Shown here: positions 58,996 to 64,000 of the stretch, piece by piece
Numbering within the stretch: position 1 is the first letter of the stretch
Layout: every line of letters begins with the position of its first letter
Assembly (NCBI GenBank): GCA_035063585.1
Contig: JAPSGB010000009.1
Location: forward strand, 1 to 64,000
Direction: 5' to 3'
Length of the DNA stretch: 64,000 nucleotides
From: Polyangiaceae bacterium
Lineage (GTDB): Bacteria > Myxococcota_A > Polyangia > Polyangiales > Polyangiaceae
Translations under genes and position numbers: made by a program
Notes under the pieces: generated by a model
Told to the model about the DNA's origin: nothing
Database searches by the model: none
What the model saw: only the letters and a program-made list of their open reading frames with translations

Positions 58996-60726
58996 TCAGA
59001 GCACGTCCCAGCCGTAGCCCTCGCGCTCGAAGGCGTGATCGGCGATGGCCTTGATGTGCTCGTCGTCGTTGTCGTCGACGAGCCGCGCGTTCCGCTCCAC
59101 GCGACCCCGCACCTGCCCGGCGAGCACACCCACCAGCTCGAGCTCCTGCGCGGAGGCCTCCGCGCCGCGCGCTCTCACGGCGGCGTCCACTCGGGAAATC
59201 GTGCAGGCGAGCACGAAGAGATCAATCATGATGTTGGCGAGACGGCGCGAGGCAAACTGCTTGCCGATGATGTTCTTGCCGTGCTTTCGGAGGATGCGGT
59301 CGACCGCCGTGGCGAGGCTCCGCGTCTGCTCCTCGAACACCTTGACGGGCGCGGCGAGCGCCGGATCGAGCCCGCCGAAGCGGCCTCGCTCACGGGTGAC
59401 GCCGGTGGCGAGCGAGGCGCGCCGCAGCGCGTAGTCGCGCAAGACGCCGAACCCCTTGATGGGATCGTTGAAGATCTGCTGCGCGCTCGTGGCGAGCTCC
59501 TTGAGCTCGCTCGCCGCGTCCCTCATGGCCGTGAGCGCGATGAAGAGCCGCAAGACCTCATTGGTGCCCTCGAAGATCCGGTTGATCCGGCAGTCTCTCA
59601 TGATGCGCTCGTACGGGAGCTCGCGCATGTAGCCGACGCCACCGGCGATCTGGAGCGCTTGATCCGCCGTGACGAAGAGCGCTTCGGAGGCGAACACCTT
59701 GCTGATGGCGGCCTCGACCGCGTAGTCCTCGTAGCCTTGATCGCTGAGGCCCGCGACCATGTTCACCACCGACTCCGACGCGTAGCAGTCGATGATCATC
59801 TGGCCGACCTTGTGCTTGACGAGCCCGTACGACCTGATGGGCTGCCCGAACTGGTGGCGCTCGTTCGCGTGGCGGGTCGCCAGCTCGATGAGGTGCTTCA
59901 TCGCGCCGATGGAGCCGCCCCCGAGCCCCGAACGGCCGCTGTTCAGGATGTTCATCGCGACCTTGAAGCCCTTGTGCACCTCGCCGAGCACGTTCTTCCC
60001 GGGCACCCGCACGTTCTCGAAGCTCACGGTGGTGGTCGAGCTCGCGCGAAGACCCATCTTGTCCTCGTGAGGGCCGTTCGAGACTCCACCCATGTCGCGG
60101 GTCACCAGGAAAGCGGTGATGTGATGCTCGCCGGTGCGAGCGAACACCGTGAAAAAGTCCGCGATCCCGCCGTTCGTGATCCAGAGCTTCTCGCCGTTCA
60201 GGATCCAGTCGTCGCCGTCCGGCTCGGCGCGGGTACGGATCGAGGCGGCGTCCGAGCCGGCGCCCGGCTCGGTGAGGCAGAACGCGGCGATGAGCTCGCC
60301 GGTCGCGAGCTTCGAGTAGTAGCGCTCCCGCTGCTCTTCGGTCCCGAACAGCAAGAGGCCACGCATGCCGATCGAGCTGTGCGCGCCGACGGTGACCGCG
60401 ACCGAGGCGTCGTAGCGAGCGATCTGCTGGAGGGCGCGCGAGTAGGCGGCGCTGCCGAAGCCGAGCCCGCCGTGCTGCTCGGGGATGACCAGGCTGAACA
60501 TCCCGAACTGGCGCAGCTCCTCGATGAACTCCGCCGGGAACTCGCCGGCGACGTCCCACTTCGGATAGTCCGCTCGGTGTCGGCCGAGGAGGTCGTCGAT
60601 GGAGGCGATGACGCCGCTCAGCGTCTCCTTGTCGGCGTCGCGCATCGCCGGGAACGGGGTGATCACGTCTTCGCGGATGTCGCCCATCGCGAGCGAGCGC
60701 ATGAAGCTCACGTCCTTGTCGGCCAT
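58996..60726 (-). CDS. Acyl-CoA dehydrogenase (VLCAD/ACAD9-like)
   Basis: FCLTEP.AGSDA, KLWITNGG, KMGLR.S.T, RIFEGTNE, extended C-terminus. Confidence 0.93.
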   Translation of the reverse strand: MADKDVSFMRSLAMGDIREDVITPFPAMRDADKETLSGVIASIDDLLGRHRADYPKWDVAGEFPAEFIEELRQFGMFSLVIPEQHGGLGFGSAAYSRALQQIARYDASVAVTVGAHSSIGMRGLLLFGTEEQRERYYSKLATGELIAAFCLTEPGAGSDAASIRTRAEPDGDDWILNGEKLWITNGGIADFFTVFARTGEHHITAFLVTRDMGGVSNGPHEDKMGLRASSTTTVSFENVRVPGKNVLGEVHKGFKVAMNILNSGRSGLGGGSIGAMKHLIELATRHANERHQFGQPIRSYGLVKHKVGQMIIDCYASESVVNMVAGLSDQGYEDYAVEAAISKVFASEALFVTADQALQIAGGVGYMRELPYERIMRDCRINRIFEGTNEVLRLFIALTAMRDAASELKELATSAQQIFNDPIKGFGVLRDYALRRASLATGVTRERGRFGGLDPALAAPVKVFEEQTRSLATAVDRILRKHGKNIIGKQFASRRLANIMIDLFVLACTISRVDAAVRARGAEASAQELELVGVLAGQVRGRVERNARLVDDNDDEHIKAIADHAFEREGYGWDVL

Positions 60727-60786
60727 GGCGAGATCCTGGAGCAAGCGCCCCGCGTCGCCAAGCCAATTGGGCGCCCCGCGCCGAGG

Positions 60787-63018
60787 TCAGCCGCCCTTCG
60801 CGACCCCGAGCTCGTCGAGCAGCGCGTCCGCGTGGTCGACGTATCGCATCACGAAGAGCACGTAGCGGATGTCGACGTGGATGGCCCGCGTGATATCCGG
60901 CATGAAGAGCCAGTCCGAGGCCATCGCCTCGTAGTTACCGTCGAACGCCAGGCCGACCAGCTTGCCGGTCGCATCGAGGGTCGCCGAGCCGGAGTTGCCG
61001 CCGGTGATGTCGAGGTCGCTGAGGAAGTCCACCGGCACGTCCGGGTGGCTCGCGATCGCGTCGAGCAAGCGCTGGGGCGCGTCGAACGGCGCCGTGCCGG
61101 TGGCCTTCGCTGCGACCCCCGACGCGACCGTGAAGGGCTGGTACACGGGAGCGTCGGGCCGGGGCCGGTAGCCGCGCACCGAGCCGTAGGTCACCCGGAG
61201 CGTGCCGTTGGCGTCCGGGGCGAGCGGCCCCGGCACGAGCTCGCGGAGCGCCGCGACGTAGCGCGGCCGGAGGAGCGCGAGCTTGCCGGCGCGCGCACGC
61301 GCGCGGTCCTCCGCGGCCCGCCCGAGCGCACGGAGGGCGAGCGCGACCTTGAGCAGTGGATCGGGGCTCGCCCGGAGCTGCGCGACGGTCGCTGACTTCA
61401 TCAGCCGGACCCGGGTGGCCGGGGACTCGAGCGCGGTCTTGGCGAGGACGCGGCCGGCAGCGGCGGCGAGCGCGGCGTCGCTCGGGTTCGGCTCTGCGCC
61501 CACGAAGGGCGCGAGGAGCGGCCGGCGAACCACCTCGGGTAGTCGCGCCGCGCGGCGGAGCGCAGCGCCGAGCACCGCCGCGTCGAGCGCGCGGCTGTAG
61601 CGGCGCGTCACGTTCTCTTGCCGGGCGACCAGGCCTTCCTGGTCACGCTGCTGATATCCGAGGTCACGCTCGGCGTCGGGCTTCGCGCGCTCCTCGGCGT
61701 TGTGCACGATGGCCACCGCCTCCCCGACCAGCGATACGAACCGCACGAGCTCGTCGAGCGCGGCGTCGGCGTCGCGCGTCCGCGCGCGCTCCGCGAACAC
61801 GGCGCGGAGCCCGGTGAGGACGTCACCGTCGCGCTGCTTACGCCTCGCGTCGCCGTCGATGAAGGCGGCGAGCTCCTCGTCGCGGCGCGTCCGCACCGCC
61901 TCCGCGCCGCCCTTGACCAGCCCCTCGAGCGCGCCGCGCGTATACGTGAGCACGTTCGAGAGGCCTCGGCTCAGGGGCGTGGACTTGAGCCGCGCGTCCT
62001 CGTCCTTCTCGCCCAGCGCGCCGAGCACCGCGAGGTAGTCCTCGCAGAGCGCGATACGACGCGGGTAGTACCAGTCGACCGCCTCGCGGACCTCGTCCGC
62101 CGTGCTGAGCCGGTAGGTGCGCCCGGGATAGCCCGCGACGAACACGAAGTCGCCGGCGGCGAGCGGCCGGTCGGCGACTCGGAGGTGCGCGGAAGGCCGA
62201 TACGGGACGTTCTTCGGCGAGAAGGCCGCGGGCTGCCCGTCGGGTGCGACGTACGCGCGATAGAACGCAAAATCTCCGGAGTGGCGCGGCCAGCGCCAGT
62301 TGTCGACCTCGCCGCCGAAGTTTCCGATGCCGGAGGCCGGCGCGTAGACGAGCCGCACGTCCTTCAGCTCGAGCCGCTCGATGAGGCGGTACTCGCTCCC
62401 GCCGAAGAAGTCCGCGACCTCACAACGCGCGTCCGGATGCGCCGCCTCGCAGCCCGCCACGAGCTCCTTCGTGCGCGCCTCGATGGCCCGATCTCGCGCA
62501 GCGTCGTCAGCGATCGCGTCGAGCCCGCCCCGGATCGTGGCGGTCACGTCGGTGAACGCGCGCGTCACGAATACGCGCCCGGAGGGTCCGATGGATTTCT
62601 CTTCGTCGCGCGTCTTGGCGAGATAGCCGTCCTTCAGCAGATCCTCGCCCGGCTTCGAGTTATACTGTAGCGCCCCGGTCACGCAGTGGTGATTGGTGGC
62701 GATGAGACCGTCCGCGGAGACGAACGACGCTGAACACCCGCCGAGGCTCACCACCGCCGCGAGCGGCGCGGCCGAGGGCTCCGCGAGCGTCGCGGGCGCG
62801 AGCGTGAGCCCTCCCTCGCGGAGCGTCGCCGCCTGCTCGACGAGCTGGCTCGGCAGCCACATCCCGCCCGGATCGTGGAAGCCCGCCGGCGGCGCCTCGG
62901 CGGCGGTCCGCACGGGCGCGCTCGCCGCGGGAGGCGGCGGCGGCGGCGCCGGGACGATGTCGAGCGGCGCGGGGCTGCACGCGACGACACCAAGGAGCCC
63001 GAGGACTGAGCGACGCAT
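60787..63018 (-). CDS. S46 family dipeptidyl peptidase, probable lipoprotein
   Basis: GMWLP, GCSASFVS..GL..TNHHC, DNWRWPRH.GDF, GYPG.T, DITGGNSGS, AFDGN. Confidence 0.93.
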   Translation of the reverse strand: MRRSVLGLLGVVACSPAPLDIVPAPPPPPPAASAPVRTAAEAPPAGFHDPGGMWLPSQLVEQAATLREGGLTLAPATLAEPSAAPLAAVVSLGGCSASFVSADGLIATNHHCVTGALQYNSKPGEDLLKDGYLAKTRDEEKSIGPSGRVFVTRAFTDVTATIRGGLDAIADDAARDRAIEARTKELVAGCEAAHPDARCEVADFFGGSEYRLIERLELKDVRLVYAPASGIGNFGGEVDNWRWPRHSGDFAFYRAYVAPDGQPAAFSPKNVPYRPSAHLRVADRPLAAGDFVFVAGYPGRTYRLSTADEVREAVDWYYPRRIALCEDYLAVLGALGEKDEDARLKSTPLSRGLSNVLTYTRGALEGLVKGGAEAVRTRRDEELAAFIDGDARRKQRDGDVLTGLRAVFAERARTRDADAALDELVRFVSLVGEAVAIVHNAEERAKPDAERDLGYQQRDQEGLVARQENVTRRYSRALDAAVLGAALRRAARLPEVVRRPLLAPFVGAEPNPSDAALAAAAGRVLAKTALESPATRVRLMKSATVAQLRASPDPLLKVALALRALGRAAEDRARARAGKLALLRPRYVAALRELVPGPLAPDANGTLRVTYGSVRGYRPRPDAPVYQPFTVASGVAAKATGTAPFDAPQRLLDAIASHPDVPVDFLSDLDITGGNSGSATLDATGKLVGLAFDGNYEAMASDWLFMPDITRAIHVDIRYVLFVMRYVDHADALLDELGVAKGG

Positions 63019-63146
63019 GAAGCGCGCCATAGAACGGCGCGGCGACGCGTTCAACCGCCGCCGCGCCTTCTTTGCGACGGGCCGCGCGGGCGGGCCGGTC
63101 GCCGGCCGCGCCGGACCGACCAGGAGCCCGCCTGGCGCGCGGAGCC

Positions 63147-64000
63147 TCAGCTCCCCATCACGCCCTTCATCGCGGCGCCGGCGGCTTCCATCGCGTTCGC
63201 GAACGCCTGCGCCTTCGAGAGATCGTTGATCTCGCTCCACTTCGCGGCCACCGCGTCGGGGTTCATCGCCTCCGCGGTCGGCAAGACCGCGCCGGCGCCT
63301 TCCATCACCGCCACGCGCGCGAAGTAGCCGCCACCCACGGCATAGATCTGCGCCGTCTCGCTGAGACCCTCCGAGCAGAGGTAGCCGACCATCGCCGAGA
63401 CGTACTCCGGCAGGAGCTTGTTCAGGATGTCGGGCGGCATGATGGTCTCCGTCATGCGGCTCTTGGCGACCGGCGCGATGACGTTGCTCTTGATGTTGTA
63501 CTTTGCGCCCTCGTGCGCGAGCGTCTTGGCGAGGCCTACGATGCCGAGCTTGGCGGCGCTGTAGTTGGTCTGCCCGAAGTTTCCATAGAGACCCGCCGCG
63601 CTGGTGGTGAATACCACGCGACCGTAGTTGTTCTCGCGGAGCAGCGGCCACGCAGCCTTGGTGACGTACATGCTGCCGTAGAGGTGCACCTTGAGGACCA
63701 TCTCCCAGTCCTGCTCGGTGAGCTTCACGAACGACACGTCGCGCAGGATGCCCGCGTTGTTGATCACGATATCGAGCTTGCCGAAGGCGTCCTTCGCGGT
63801 CTTCACGATGCTCTCGGCGCCCGCCATGGTGTCGACGCCGTCGTAGTTCGCCACCGCCTCGCCACCGGCCGCCTTGATCTCGTCGACCACCTTGTCGGCG
63901 GCCTTCTTGGCGCCTTCGCCCGAGCCGTCGACGGAGCCGCCGAGGTCGTTCACGACCACCTTGGCGCCGCGAGAGGCGAGCAGGAGCGCATGCGAGCGGC
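63147..64000 (-). CDS. SDR family oxidoreductase (MFE-2/hydroxyacyl-CoA dehydrogenase type), 5' end outside window
   Basis: VVVNDLGG, NNAGILRD, GNFGQTNYSAAK. Confidence 0.92.
   Translation of the reverse strand, partial: RSHALLLASRGAKVVVNDLGGSVDGSGEGAKKAADKVVDEIKAAGGEAVANYDGVDTMAGAESIVKTAKDAFGKLDIVINNAGILRDVSFVKLTEQDWEMVLKVHLYGSMYVTKAAWPLLRENNYGRVVFTTSAAGLYGNFGQTNYSAAKLGIVGLAKTLAHEGAKYNIKSNVIAPVAKSRMTETIMPPDILNKLLPEYVSAMVGYLCSEGLSETAQIYAVGGGYFARVAVMEGAGAVLPTAEAMNPDAVAAKWSEINDLSKAQAFANAMEAAGAAMKGVMGS

Overview
High-GC bacterial sequence that reads as two different Myxococcota-like genomes or contigs, apparently joined at a G16 run at 38566-38581 (inferred, not proven). LEFT (1-38.5 kb) carries seven PEP-CTERM-type proteins and starts with rpsR. 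It contains an ~18.5-kb metal/cofactor acquisition island (2.3-20.8 kb) with three modules. (1) A cobalamin-riboswitch operon: TonB-dependent receptor, two PEP-CTERM surface proteins and a BtuH-like protein. (2) A Fur-box-preceded operon: Com-like Zn ribbon, outer-membrane barrel, FMN-binding protein, His-bearing 4-TM protein and ApbE. (3) A divergent Fur-box-preceded heme uptake locus: receptor, PEP-CTERM protein, HemP and TonB on one strand; IsdE-like ABC transporter, unknown split-barrel-like protein and PEP-CTERM protein on the other. Metabolic and stress genes follow (lysA, nnrS, hemerythrin, tal, osmC, LLM oxidoreductases, radical SAM). RIGHT (38.6-64 kb) resembles Polyangiaceae-type DNA: permuted LplA, two modular Cys-rich lipoproteins with a shared N-module and different C-terminal domains, USP/HDAC-fusion/USP, Ser/Thr kinase, RNase D, DHS-like enzyme, LMW-PTP, acyl-CoA dehydrogenase, S46 peptidase and an SDR. 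I recognised no rRNA, tRNA, CRISPR array, integrase or transposase. The best candidates for new biology are module 2 and the PEP-CTERM-anchored accessory proteins in the B12 and heme operons. All family calls come from motif recognition by eye, not database searches.
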